From: the human T2T-CHM13v2.0 reference genome, Homo sapiens | Assembly (NCBI RefSeq): GCF_009914755.1 | Contig: NC_060925.1 | Length of the DNA: 64,000 bases | Strand: one strand, 5' to 3' | Part shown: one piece after another, positions 33,549 to 47,482 of the stretch | How positions within the stretch are numbered: the stretch's first letter is position 1 | How the letters are laid out: every line of letters starts with the position of its first letter | The notes under the pieces: generated by a model | Told to the model about the DNA's origin: nothing | The model's input: the letters and a program-made list of their open reading frames with translations, nothing else | Database searches by the model: none | Position numbers and translations under genes: made by a program

Positions 33549-36500
33549 ATTGGGCTTTCTGGAGTTTGGTATTTCCATTCTGTATATTCCAGTCACCAGG
33601 CTGGCTGGACCCTAAACCCTCTACATTCACCCTGAGAGAGTCTCAGCATTCCTGTTTTACAGGTGAAGAAACCAAGATTCACAGACATGAAGTGGCTTGC
33701 CCAAGGTCAGATAGCAAAAATTTCCAAGTCGAGAATTGAGCACAAGTCTTTATCCCCAATTCCAAGGCTTTTTCTACAATGCACTGAAGGATGAGTAGGG
33801 TCTGGATAGGTAAGGGAAAACAAGAAGAGTGGTTCATGTATGGGAAATAGGATTAATATTTTATTATTACATTTAGCTCATCAGCTCCTGAGAGCTGGCC
33901 TGAATCCCCAGATGAGAAGCGGCTGTCAGTCTCTTAAAATATCTGCTCTTAAAATATCTGGGTCAGTGAGAAGAGGATCACAAGGTCTCCTTGTGGTTAT
34001 TTTTAACTTAAAAAATATAACCTTTAAAGCAAAAGAGAGGATAAAAATGAAATTAATAAATAAATCAGAATTTTTACAAGCTGAAGTCAAAAGAGAGCTG
34101 TTCTATAGGAAGAGCAGGTTATTGACCCTGATTTGGAAGCTGTAGGGAGGTATCCTTGGTGGATCACAGTGGTTCCTGGCTCCATCATATCTGTAAAGGG
34201 TGGCCTGGAATCAGAAAATGGACCTGAGACATGAGCAGAAATGCAAAGCAGGAAACGTGCAAGGGCTAGTGCCACTCCCTCACACTGCCTCCAGAAAGGC
34301 ATTGCCCTTCACCCTTTCTTGAGAGAAGAAAGGGAGGAAGAAATTCAGCAAACCTGTCCCAGCTTCTACCACTGGCTCTCGCAATTTTCAGAACAAAAGG
34401 AAAGGAAGGGGAATCTTTTAAGCAAGCGTGGTATGTTACGTGAAAGTGGCACCAATTGACATGTAAATGCTGTTTTAATATTGAGAAAGATATTCTGAGC
34501 ACTGCTTTATGTTCATTGTGACAAATTAGCAATAACACTAACGCCCTGCACAGCTTTTCCATCAAGTCAAAGGTACTAGGAATGAGGAAGGAATTCTAGT
34601 TGTAAGTGCCAGAAAATATGTCCCCCTCAAAGGGAGAGGTTCCTGCAAAGCACCCCACTGTGTCACATGTCAACGCAGCACATGAAAACAGTAGGTTTCC
34701 CTCAGGTCTGAGGCAAGACAGGCACTTTCCTGCACTGAATCCCATGCAGGGGAAAAAGTATCACATATAATAGAAGTCCCGCATCTAAGGAATTGACTCC
34801 TTGGTCGCATCTCTAATCCAAGACCTGGATCATAGCAAGTTTCACCATTAGCTGAACATCATTGAAGGACAGGACTAACATATACAATGCAGCAAGTCAA
34901 ATATGCGAATCTATGGCTATCTGAGGACTGAATTGCTAAGGGAGTTCTGAGAGAGAAAGATCAATATAAGCTGGCTTCACTGAGGAAATGAGCCTTCAAC
35001 TGGACCCTGAATGGATACAACTTGCATAGAAAGGGAATGACAGAATCTTGGTACAGGGAGACTTCTTCCTCCAGGGTCTGGCATGCACCAGACACCATGG
35101 TGGACAAGATGCATCCCGATCCCCACTTTCATAGAGCTCATAGTCTAGCAATCAGTCTACTTACAGAAGAGGGTACTGGTGGGTCATGACAAAAGCTGGC
35201 ACTTATGTAGGGTCTATGATGTGCCAGGCACTATGCTAAGCGCTTCGCAAATATAATCTTATTTGATCCCCACAGCAACTCAATGATAAGGCCATTACTA
35301 TTATCATCATTTTATGCATGGGAAACTGAGCTCACAGACCTAATTAGTGGTGAAGCAAAAATTCAAATCCAAGGTTTCCTGGCTTATGAGCCATTCTTTC
35401 TCCACCATACCACATGGGAAGTAAGATCAGATGAGATTGTATGATGTAGTGCTTGAAAGCCAGGTGAAGTAATTCATATCTGCTATGGAAGAGATAGGAA
35501 GTTATCTGTTATCAGTTCTCTCTTCCTGCTGCTGTGTACCCCCTCTGTCAAAGTCATATTCCCAAGAGATACACATGGAGCTTAAAGGATCCTGCTGGTA
35601 AGACATACTTCCCCTGCTCCCAGATCTCCATCAGCTTTCCCGCCTTAGAGAACTGCAATATTTTTCTCTCTCCCTTAAATCCTAAACCAATGATAGCCAT
35701 AAGAAACCAGTCCCCACGGTTTTTCTCATCCAGCCCCTGTACTGGCTTTTTTCAGGGTTCCTAAGATCCACAAGAACCCTGGAAGTTACCCGAGATCAAA
35801 CACCCCCATCTTTTAAGTGGCATCTTATCACCCAAAACATCTAAAGGAGAAGACAGATGTTTGGAAAGTTCTCCCTACTTTTAGTTCTTTAGTTTACCCA
35901 CCAGATCTTCCCAGAGAGGGAAAGGGGTATCAGAAAAGGGGTGTCTGCACTCTCTCCACCTCCTTAGAGGACCAGGGATTCTTCCCTGCCCTCCATCCTC
36001 TCTATTTCTGAGTTGCAAGTACCGCTCCCTAACTAGGCTAGGGTCAGGACGGGCACGGTAAAGCTCATCCCACCTGAAGGGCATAGAACTGGAAATGCTG
36101 CAATAAAAGAGGAAATTATTACATTTTGAAGGATAAACCTATTTATCAATGACAAAACACTTTCAGAAACACCACTTCATTTGAATCTCTCATAATAGTT
36201 TATACTACCTTCCCTCTTCCTTTCTTTAACAGATGAGTAAACTGAGGTACACAGAAGAGAAATGATTCTCTAAAGTTACAGAGGTAATAGTTGCAGCCAG
36301 CCAGGCCCCTGAGCCCAAATTCTATGCTCTCTGCTCTCCAGCATGTACACTCAGGAATCTTGATTTAGATAAGGATGCCAGATAGAGACAGGAAAGTTTA
36401 ATAGTCATTCCGTATCCTCATCCTAACAGATTAGGGAGATTTAACCAAATAGTTTTGGTTTCATTTTATAATCTCCTATGAATCTATCCTCCAACAATAT

Positions 36501-37429
36501 AAATCTCTTACAATATTTGCTTTTGGTCTTAGCAAACTTTAAGAGTAGTAAGTTCTATATGCTTACTCTTCTTCTGTTAAAAAGTGCTATTTTTACTTTG
36601 CCCTAAAACTATTTCTTTAAAATGTTAAAGTCGTCCGTAGTTCCTATGCTCGGGGATTTAATAAGTTCATATTTTTATCCTAGGTTTTCGTTATCTTGTA
36701 AATCTCAATCATATTCCCCCCTCAGCCCATGTCTTTCCTTCCAGAATGAAGAGTTCCAATTCTTTTATCATCGCTCACAAAGAATGCTCTCTACCCTCTT
36801 GATCAACTTACATGTCCTTCTCTAGACCTTGTCTGGCTCTGTAATTCTTTGAAGTACATCAGATCATTGGGCTCCCATCACTCTGTCTATTCTTCTGTAT
36901 AAAAGAGCACAATGGCTTTAGTTAAAATGTAAAAATATTTGACGGATCATTTTAAAAATCAAACAATTCTTTTGCTCCATGTCAGCCCAGCATATGCTGA
37001 AAAAATATACATTTTTTTGCTCCAATAAAATGAAATGAATTGAACTCTGCAATGAATTTAAATACACTGGTAAAAGTCAACCTTGTAATCTATTATGAAA
37101 ATAACTTGCAAAGCACTTTTACATACATTATCTCATTTGACCCTCACATGAACCATGCAAGGTAGAGAAAACATGTGATCCTTATTTTTCACATGAAAAC
37201 AGTAAAAAGGTAACTAGACTAAGATCAAAGAGCTGGAATTAGAGTCCCAGTCCCTGGACCTTCATTAAGAGGACGGTGCTTTTGCAACTGTGCAGTGCAT
37301 CCTTCCTTATATTCACTTGGCACTTATTTTAAATCACCAAACTACCCCTTCTAAGACTTTTAGTGGTAAACAGCACAGTTATGAAATATTACATGGTTCT
37401 ATTGAAAGGAAACATGTTCAAGACTAGCC

Positions 37430-38410
37430 TATACCCTATTCTTTTCTCACCCTACACACTCTCCATGGATAATCTCAGCCACACCACAGGCATCAATATC
37501 AACTTCATGCAAATGATTCCCAAAGTTGTATCTCCAGGCCACATCTCTCTTCTGAGTCCCAGACAGGTATTTAACATGTCCTGTAAATCTCAATATTTAC
37601 AAAACTTAACCTTTTGCCCCATCATAGCCCATCTCCACTGCCAAAACCCAATTTTGATGTCCCTCTTCTCAAACATCTAGGAGCTAGGAGTCATCTTGAC
37701 ATTTCCCTCTCCTTTCCTCCTCCTTACCCCTATACCCAATTTAACATCAAGTCCTTTCACTTTCATCTCCTGCATAGCTCTGCCTTCTGTCCATTTCTCT
37801 CCTTCCCCATCACCACCACCTTAGTCCAAGATACAACCATCTTTCATTTGGACTTTAATGAACTCCTAGCTGTCCATTCCTCTCTAATCCCTTCTCCCCA
37901 CTACAGTTGAAGGGATTCCAAAAGGCCATTCTGGTCATGCTACCCCGTTTCACCTCTGCTTACAACACTGCAATGGCACCCCTTGCTTTTAGGGTAAAGT
38001 CAAAACTCCCATAACTTGTTTGCACATCCCTGCCTAACCTGGTCCCCACTGCCAGCCTCATCTCACAACAGTTACCTTCATTCCTCAAGCTTCAGCCCCA
38101 CTAGCCTTCTTTCAGCTCCCTTTATTCACTGTGCTTTCACTACCCACAGGGTCTGGGAATATTCTTCCCTTTCTTCCATATCTAAATCTCTAGGATTAAA
38201 TTCCTAGAAGCTTCCATCTTCAGATAGAGGCTCAAAGGTCTTTCCTCAGGGAACGTTTCTTGACCTTCCTGAGTTGAATTCCTCCATTAGACCTCAGATG
38301 GCACCAGTTTAGCATGATTTTATATATTTGATTAATGTTTGTCTCCCCCACTAGATTTGTAAACTTTTGCTCACATAGAGGCACATTGATAAACATTTAT
38401 GTGAATAAGC
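37430..38410 (+). mobile_element. LINE-2 fragment
   Basis: Pyrimidine-rich degenerate L2 body and 3' end. Confidence 0.55.
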
Positions 38411-39090
38411 TCACTAATAAGGAAATGATTATATATTATATACCTCCTCACTATGGAATACTAAGCAGCTGTTAAAAAGAGATAACTCTATATACTAATA
38501 TGAATGTCTATATTTTAAATTTAAAACAGCACATTACAGAACAGTATGCATACTATTTTTAAAATTTACATATCTTTATTTAAAAAAAAAAAAACCTCTG
38601 TGTTTGTGGAGGGAGTGTGGAGGGGGCCTCTATTTAAAAAGGTTTGCAAGAGTCAAGACTAACAACAAATTGCTTGCAGTGCTTTCCCGGGAGAATGGAA
38701 ATGAGACAAGAAAGAGGAAAAATAGGATAACAATTTCTACTTATAAATTTCTTGGTGGTTTGACTTTTCCAGTGACTATATGGTATTGTTGTAATTATTT
38801 TAACAATGCCATTTCTAAAATAATGATGTAGTTCACCAAAGTTCAAGAAAAGGATCATTTCTAAATACAGTGCGAAAAAGGGAAAAAAGCCACTTTGTAT
38901 ATGATTCCTCAACAAGGATACAGTTCTAGAAACAAGCTAATTTCCAAGTCAGACCTTCAATCTAGCAATAAGTTCTGATGAAGACGTGAAATGGAAGAGA
39001 ACAAATGGAAATGCCAGAATTTGTTTGTTTAATTCGGTCTTCCCCTCACATCACTTTTATAAACAAAAGAGATTTCAAAAAGTCACTGCT

Positions 39091-39390
39091 GGCCTGGCAC
39101 GGTGGCTCACACCTGTAATCCCAGCACTTTGGGAGGCCAAGGTGGGTGGATCACTTGAGGTCAGGAGTCCAAGGCCAGCCTGGCCAATATGGTGAAACCC
39201 CGTCTCTAGTAAAAATACAAAAATTAGCTTGGTGTGGTGGCAGGCGCCTGTAGTCCCAGCTACTCGGGAGGCTGAGGCAGGAGAATGGCGTAACCCGGAA
39301 AGTGGAGCTTGCAGTGAGCTGAGATCGCGCCACTGCACTCCAGCCTAGATGACAGAGTGAGACTCCATCTCAAAAAAAGAAAAAAAAAAA
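39091..39390 (+). mobile_element. Alu with an S-type left arm and a Y-type right arm
   Basis: TSD AAAAAGTCA(C/T)TGCT and mixed subfamily diagnostics. Confidence 0.92.
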
Positions 39391-40926
39391 AGTCATTGCT
39401 CATTGATTCCTTTATATAAACTTGGAAGGAAAATAAGAAAAAGAAATAATAAAATGAATTTTTCTTAGTTTACTCCAATTGTTTTAAATTAAATACAATT
39501 GAGTACATGAAGGCACCTCACCATCCTTTACTTCTCAAATAGCAGCCCTTATTATCTTTACCATAACTCAAATAGAAAAGGTCATTTTCTAAATTCACAG
39601 AGATTACAGAGGAAGGAGCAGGGACAAATATACTGGTGGTGCATAGATAGGATCATTCCACGGCTAATGGCAGAAAACCTCACTTTGGTTTGGAGAGAAG
39701 TATGTGCAGGTGGAGAGACCCACAGTTATTGAAAAAGGGGAGGTGGGCGTGTGGGCATGATTCCTCCAGCAGCAGCCTACGAGGAAGCGCTGGGAAAAGT
39801 CTGTGAATATAGAATAAATACTGTCACTTGGAGCTGCATTGATTCTTTTTTCAGACTAACTAATGGCTCAGATGGTAGAACAACCAAACGATGACTAAAA
39901 TATGAGTCAAATGCTTTCAAATCAAATCATTCCAATGAAACAGGAACAGAGGCAAGCAGAGAACAGGTCATTAGGGGTTCTAACCAAAACGTGTTAAATC
40001 TGAAAAAACTCATTCTCCTAAATGACTGTCTCTTTCTATTTAAGTCATTTTGATGTTAGTGAACCATGGACAATAGATCTTTATTACTTGTGACACGTAC
40101 TGATCAGCTCTCAGCAGCAGAAAAGACAGCTCCTGGCTGGGCTCATACACTTTTCCCAATCCTGATTTGTCTTCTCTCCCACGATCTATCCAGCATGTCT
40201 TCAGTTACGCCAAAGGGTGTTAGAAAACTCTAAAATAAGGCTCAAAGTTTACTTTCTTAATATTTTTGAAAACCAACTTTCACTTAAATATAAAAGTAGT
40301 TCATATTAAGATGAAATGGGGTTGGGGGAAGGGAAGTGAGAAGAAGCCTATTATGAAATGGAATCACAGGGCATGAAGCTCCCAGAAGGCTGAAACACAC
40401 CCCCTGAGATACGGAAGAGGCAGCAGCATGTGCGCTGGGCGTTGTGGAGGCACCACGTGGCCCACAACACACACGTGGGTGATTTCCCTGACATCTTTCT
40501 CCTCCCTCTTCCTTCTGCTAATTTCTCCATTTTAAATTCTTTCCTCAAATGTTAATCCCTATTTTACCATTCTATTCTTCAAAAAAATATATATTTTTTC
40601 TAAACAAAGCCTCTTACCACATTTATTGGAAGCGGACTTCATCAAGAATAAGTGGAAGTACCTACATCTCCCTGTTGTGTCAGGTGCCTGTTTTTATCCC
40701 CATGCCACCTCCTCCTTTCTGAGAATTATCACTCATGCAGTAGGAGGAATAGAGCACAATGTTTAGCACCCAGCAAAAGTACAGGACCTCTCCCAACAAA
40801 CCAGGATGCCGGCAGAGACTGGAGCTGACTTCAACCTAAGGTACGCACGCTACACACATTCCCTGTTCTCCTCCCTGAATGGATTCACTTAGAAAGGAGG
40901 ATAACATGATTTTTTAAAAAACTTCT

Positions 40927-40932
40927 TTTATT
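40927..40932 (-). terminator. Candidate CRYZL2P poly(A) signal AATAAA at the 3' end of a sense-oriented L1MB
   Basis: First minus-strand AATAAA I found downstream of the one overlapping the stop codon (42853-42858). Confidence 0.45.
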
Positions 40933-41129
40933 GTTTTAAGACATACACAAAATTTATCATTTTTACCATTTTTAAGTGTGCACAGTTAAGCAGTACTAAG
41001 TACCTTCCCATTGTTGCGCAACCATAACCATCACACATCTCCAAAACTTTCCATCTTCCCAAACGGAAACATTGTACCATTAAACAGTAACTCTCCATTC
41101 TCTCCTCCCACCTTGCAACCACCATTCTA

Positions 41130-41359
41130 CATGTTGCACATTGAGTATCCTTTATCCAAAATCCTTGAGACCAGAAGTGTTTTAGACTTCAGATTTTTTC
41201 AGAGTTTGGAATATTCACATTATGCCAGTTGAGCATCCCGAATCCAAAAATCCAAAATCTGAAATGCTCCAATTAGCATTTTCTTTGAGCATCGTGTCGG
41301 CATTGAAAAAGTTTCAGTTTTTGGAGCATTTCTCATTTCAGATTTTGGATGTCAACCTG
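41130..41359. mobile_element. Tigger4a/MER46A (TcMar) DNA transposon
   Basis: ttgagtatcctttatccaaaat...gtcaacctg termini with a TA target duplication. Confidence 0.8.
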
Positions 41360-42577
41360 TACTTTCTGTTTCTATGAATTACACTACTCTAGGTACTTCA
41401 TATAAGTGGAATCATATAGTATTTGTCCTTTTCTGTCTGGCTTATTTCACATATAATGTCTTCCAGGTTCATCATATTGTAGCACATGTCAGAATTTCAT
41501 TCCTTTTTAAGGCTGAATAATATTCCATTATGTGTATACCACATTTTGTTTATCCATTCATCCATCGATAGACATTTGGGTATTTCCAGGACAATATATC
41601 TTAATTTAATCCCACATTTTAAGACTTACAGGTAATTTAAATTCAATTCAACTTACTGAGTATTTACTAAGGGTAACTCACTATGGGAAGTACTGTGGGA
41701 AATACAAGGGTAAATAAGACATGGTGCCTGCTCTCAAGGAAATTATGATAGACTGGGAAAAGGGAAGAGAAAGAAGTAGAAGTAACCAGCATTTGCTAAT
41801 CGCTTGCCATGTGCCAGGTGCTTTACCCAATCGCTGCATGTATAGCTCCCAATGACTCTGTAAGTTAGATATTGTAATATCTACTTTATATAGGAAGAAG
41901 AATGAAGGCACTGAGACTTTAAGTAACCACCTCCAAAGCTGGGATTTAAACTCATATCTTGGATTCAGAGGCCTGTGTTCATTCCACTACACATGCTGTT
42001 CCCTATGATTCAAGGCAGAATGTGATAAATCCTTGGGGAGAAGCTACAGCAAGGTAGAAGAGGAAGAGAAGAGATTGCTCCTTGCCTGAGGGTAAAGGTA
42101 CATGACAAAGGTAGGTCTTAGAGGTCAGGAAGGCGTACGTTTGACAGAGATGGAGGGTGGAAAAAATTGCACAAGCAGAGCAAAATGAGGGAGGCAGGAA
42201 AGTTCAGTACATACTTAAGGCCCAGTGGAATTGTGGACCACAAGGCTGGAAAGTGGTGCGGGGAAAAATCACGGTCATAATGAAATGCTAGCTCAAGGGC
42301 TCTGAACTCCACCATCAGGCAATGGTGAGCCACTGTAGGTTTTCTGAGATGGGCCATAGTCAGAGCTATGCTTCGGGAAGATCACGATGGCAATAATGCA
42401 TCACAAGGATGGAGGGGGTGAGAATAGCTTAAAGGTAGGAAAAGCAGTTAGAAGGTCACTGGTAATAGCAGTTGAGGCTTAATTAGTCAGAATGGAAAAG
42501 AGGATATGGACATGAGAGATATCTTAGAGGTGAGAATGACAGAACTCGGCAATCACCGCATTTCATAATGCATCAAG

Positions 42578-42690
42578 TAGGCTGACCATATATCCTGGTT
42601 TGCCTGGGATATGTTTTCCTGATGTAATTACTAATGGCACCCTTTTACTCTCGAAAAGGTTTGGACAATAAACTATATAATCATATTAAT
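42578..42690. mobile_element. MER94-like hAT MITE in the CRYZL2P 3' region
   Basis: taggctgaccatatatcctggtttgcctgggat...tttggacaataaactatataatca. Confidence 0.55.
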
Positions 42691-42853
42691 TAGGAGCAAT
42701 TAGTGAACAGAATCAAAGGTGACTCCAAGATTTTAAACCTGGATTAGTAAGGAAAGTGGTAACACCTTTGGAAACACAGAAGGGAAATCAGGTTTTGGGG
42801 AAAGATGTGGAGTTTTGATCTGGACATGTTAACTTTGCTGCTCAGGCAAGGAT

Positions 42854-42922
42854 TTATTTAAGAGCGAGAAGCACCTTGCCCACGGATTTCCCCTGTATCA
42901 CATGAAGGAAGGCATCATTGAC
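42854..42922 (-). pseudogene. CRYZL2P: CRYZL2P terminal exon, ancestral coding part VNDAFLHVIQGKSVGKVLLALK*
   Basis: ttttgcattttgttttag acceptor, phase 0 matching the previous exon, typical MDR C-terminal GKVLL motif, TAA at 42854-42856. Too short to appear in the ORF track. Confidence 0.9.
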
Positions 42923-43374
42923 CTAAAACAAAATGCAAAAGAATGTGGTCAGATTTGCATATATGGATATTTCAACAAACATTTGATGCAGGATCAAGCA
43001 ATAAAATAACTAAAGTATTAAGATGTATCTCCAATGAACTATAACTAACTATGCAACACTAACTAGTTATCACAAATGCAAAGGAAAACAATAACATTCA
43101 AGAATAACTCAGCCTCAGTATTTCTCTAAATGTATAATTCTCAGTGTTGTCAGATAAATGCCAGACGGTAAAAAGCCCTAGGCCTGTTCATACACCACTG
43201 TAATAGTGCTTTGTTTTCCAGCTTTTGAAAGAATGGAGGCACTGGCAGAAGAATCAGTATTTTTATGTTTAATAATTTTTGTCTTTTTATTAAAATTGTC
43301 CTACTTCCTATGTAACTGAAATTGTAATCTATCTTGAATCATTTTTTAGGAAGTACAAGGTTACAAACCATATA

Positions 43375-44655
43375 TTTAAAAGCAGCTACAGTAATCAAGG
43401 CAGTGTGATATTGGTGAAAGAATAGACAAACAGATCAATGGAATAGAATAGAGAGCCCAAAAATAGACCCATACAAATATAGTTAACTGATCTTTGACCA
43501 AAGAACAAAGCAATTCAATGGAGACAGAATAGTCTTTCAACAAATGGTGCTGGAAAAACTGCATAGCCACATGCAAAAATATGAATCTAGATACAGACCT
43601 TATACTCTTCACAAAAAAAAACCTTAAAATGGATCATAGACCTTAAATGTAAAATGCAAAACTATAAAACTTCCAGAAGAAAATATAGCGAAAAATCTAG
43701 GTCACCTTGGTTTAGCAATGAGTTTTTAGATACAGCACCAAAAAAGCACAATCCATGAAAAAAAAATGGGTAAGTAGTCTTCATTAAAGTTAAAAACTTA
43801 TGCTCTGCAGAAGACACTGTTAAAAGAATAAAAAGACAAGCCACAGTCTGGGAGAAAAATCTCTGCAAAACATATATCTGACAAAGGATGTGTATCTAAA
43901 ATATACACAGAATTCTTAAAACTTAACAATAAAAAGCAGGCAAAAGATCTGAACGGACACTTCACCAAAGAAGATATACAGATGGCAAATCAGTATATAA
44001 AAAGATGCCCAACATCATATGTCACTAGGGAATTGCAAATTAAAACAACAATGAGATACCACTACACACCAACCAGAATGGCTAAAATCCAAAACACTAA
44101 CAGTAAATGCTGATGAAGATATAGAGCAATAGAAACTCCCATTTGCTGCTAGAGGGAATACAAAATGGTACAGCCACTTTGGAAGACAGTTTGGCAGTTT
44201 CTTACACAACTAAACATATCCTTACCATACAATCCAGCAATTTCACTCCTAGGTATTTACCCAAATGATCCGAAAATGTATGTCCATATAAAAACCTGCA
44301 CATAAATGTTTATAGCACCTTTATTCACAATTGCCAAAACTTGGAAGCAACCAAAATGTCCTTCAATAGGTAAATGGAAAAACAACCAGTGGTACATCTA
44401 TACAATGAAATATCATTCTGTGATAAGAAGAAATGATCCATCAAGCCAAGAAAAGACATGGAGGAACCTTAAGTGCATGTTTCTAAGTGAAAGAAGCCAG
44501 TGTGAAAAGGCTACATGCAGTCTAAATCCAACCATATGACATTCGGGAAAAAGCAAAACTGTAGAGACAGTAAAAAGATCAGTGCCTGCCAGGGATTCAG
44601 GGGCTGGGGGTAAAGATGACTATGTGGAGCTCAGAGGATTTTTTTAGAGCTGTGA
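43375..44655 (+). mobile_element. L1MC1-like 3' fragment
   Basis: Degenerate ORF2 C-terminus and L1MC-type 3'UTR (gacatggaggaaccttaagtgcat...). Confidence 0.8.
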
Positions 44656-44697
44656 AGCAATTAAATCTAGACAAAAAGCAATTAAATCTAGACAAAA
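44655..44697. repeat. 21-bp tandem duplication at the L1MC end
   Basis: AAGCAATTAAATCTAGACAAA x2. Confidence 0.9.
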
Positions 44698-44761
44698 GTG
44701 ATAGTAGCATGACAAATGTGGAAGGAGACTTTTGCAAAGTCTCAAACTAACATCTAGAACT

Positions 44762-44922
44762 TTGCTACTCAAAGGGTGGTACAAGAACCCCAGGCTTCCG
44801 CATCATCTGGGAGCTTATAAGAAATGCACAGGTTTGAGCCCCATCCTGTCTTTATTGAACCATAATCTGAATCTTAAAAAGATTCCCAGGTGATTTATAT
44901 GCACATCAAAGTTTGAGAGCCA
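44762..44922. mobile_element. MER5A-type hAT MITE
   Basis: ctactcaaag...catcatctgggagctt..agaaatgca...cccaggtgatttatatgcacatcaaagtttgaga. Confidence 0.75.
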
Positions 44923-44965
44923 CAGATTACACAAGGAACGTTTGCAACTTAGAGAAAGACAGGAA

Positions 44966-45287
44966 GGCCAGGCGTGGTGATTCATACCTGCAATCCCGGC
45001 ATTTCAGGAGGCCATGTTGGGAGGATCGCTTGAGCCCAGGAATTGGAGACCAGCCTGGGCAACACAGGGAGACCCCATCTCTATTAAAAAGGTTTTTTTA
45101 ATTAGCCAGGCATGGTGGCACATGCCTGTAGTCCCGGCTGCTCAGGAGGCTGAGGTAGGAACTCACTTGAATTTGGGAGGATTGCTTGAGGCCCAGAGGT
45201 AGCCTTCAGTGAACCATGATTGTGCCACTGCACTTCAGCCTAGGTGACAGAGCAAGACCTCATCTCAAAAAAACAAGAACAAAACCC
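44966..45287 (+). mobile_element. AluJ
   Basis: Alu dimer with TSD AAAGACAGGAAG. Confidence 0.9.
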
Positions 45288-47482
45288 AAAGACAGGAAGC
45301 CCAATAGAAAACTACACAAAGAGCTTAAATTGCAATTCAAAGCACTGGAAACCTGAATGGATACCAAATATATAAAGAGATACTTAAATGTATTAGAAAT
45401 CAGGAAAATTCAAAGTAAAATAGTAAGATGCCACTTTACGCCTTATCAGTTTGGCAAAATTCTGAACGTTGGACATATCAACAGGGTGACAAATAAACAA
45501 GAATTCTCACGTACTGATTGACGATAGAGGCATAAACTGGTCAAGTCATTCTGGAGAGTAACTGGCAGTCAAATTAAGTATGCATACATCCTATGACCCA
45601 ACAATCTACACCTGGGAAAATAACCCCAACGTGACCTTTGCACAAGTCCCTAAGGTTGTGCAATAAGTCTGTTTACTGCCATACTGATTATTATGATTTG
45701 ATTAGGGCATCAAGTCAACCGCAAAGTTTATCAGTAGAAAATGAATCTGTAAACTGTGGTGGATGCATACGATGCACCACGATGTAACAGTGGGAAGCAA
45801 TGAACTGGATACAGGAACAGCAACACAGATGGATCTTAAAAAGCACCGACTGAGTTACATGAAACAGAACAAGGTCTAGTGCATAACACCATTTATGTAA
45901 CTTAAAAAGAAATTAACACACAAATTAACTCTATTTGTTTTACAAGGAAATGCAAATCCAAAGATGCATATCAAACTCATCACAGACTGGCTCAGAAGGA
46001 AGGAAAAGGTGGGGAGAGGCAGTGGGAAATGAGGGGAAAGGGAATAATACAGACATTCATAAATATACAGACATAAAAACAAAAGATCAGCTGTCCATGG
46101 CCCAACAATGAAAATGTACTTTGAAATGACGATTATGATTAATCAACCCTTTCCGTTTGAGATTCTCAAAAAAAAAAAAAATACAAAAAATAAAGTAAAA
46201 TAAGTACAGGAACAAATCAATCATGGCAATCTCTCTGCTGCATGAAATCCCTGCATGAAATCCTCTGAAAACATCTGTTTTTCAGAGCTCTGTGCCTTAC
46301 AGAGACCTTTCCCATCTAAGCAAGTTTAGACTCTCGACGAGGAGGTGGAAGAGGTCTAAGACAGATGTTTGAAACACTCATCCCCCCTGTCAGTCATTTC
46401 CAGGTGACTCACAGCTGCATCATTCTCCCTGTCAGTTAGAAGTAACTTGTTCCCAGAGATGTGTCATAGCCCGACAATAGAAAATACTTGAGAAAATAAA
46501 TATTATTAAAGCTAGTGATACTTTTTCACCTGGCATCCTAAGGGAGTCAAGGTCTTCTGCAAATAAATGTTAACATAAAAAGAAAGCTGTCCCTTCAAAT
46601 GCTCAAGCTAATTTTAATCATTTTGCATAAAAATCTTTATTAAAATGTATCACATATTTCTGTGACTTCTATTACAGAGAATACTGGGGGAAAGCATAAT
46701 CTTGTTCCATGACTTCAGCATTTCAAAATTTTGAACATCCATTATTTTACCTTCTATTTTTCTGATATTCTGTCACCTCTCCATGTCCAGTTGCCACTTC
46801 TGTTGTAACTGTAGCTGCTTCTAAAAATAACCCAACTCTGTCCCTTTCTACCTGGTGGTCTCTGTCCGGGCCGGGAAAACAGACTCTCAGTGGTGTTAAG
46901 GACTGGAAGTTTAATAAAAGTGATAAGGCTCTGAGTGAGAAACTAAAAAGTAAAATGCATGGCTTTAGACCAGAGTCTTTTGATAGCTACTTCAGATAGA
47001 CTAGGGACGCTTTCCTCCTGGATTCTACAGGCTGTGTTACAGAGAGGAAGACTGTACAATACTGATGCCTAGGTGTAATAGATACACAGGCTGTTCCCAG
47101 CACTCTGGTTTTCTGCCTTCAGGTGGATGAAGCCATAATTAAATTTGTCTCTGGAGATATGCAACCTGGAATTTGCAGCAAGATAAAAACACTGCTTTTA
47201 TTTTAGGATATGAAGGTTCTGCTGTTGGAATTTTTAACTAGTTCATCAATCAGGAATAATCAAAGTAACCTAGAGTTTTCTAAATATATCATATTGATGT
47301 GTGCATTCATTAGAAACTGGCTCTCCCCCATCATAGTACTGTCCTGAGATCTTCCCAACTAAAACATAAACTCCTCATGGGCAAGACTAAATCTTACTTT
47401 TTATTGACTGACATAAAGTGAATGTTTGATGAATAAAATAAATCATGAATGAATGAGTATATGTGAGATGAGTGGGACTGGG

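Larger units (their letters stand above)
40925..41590 (-). mobile_element. L1MB 3' end, interrupted by Tigger4a
   Basis: Reverse complement of an L1MB 3'UTR. The host sequence accattcta|ctttctgtttctatg rejoins across the insert. Confidence 0.75.
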
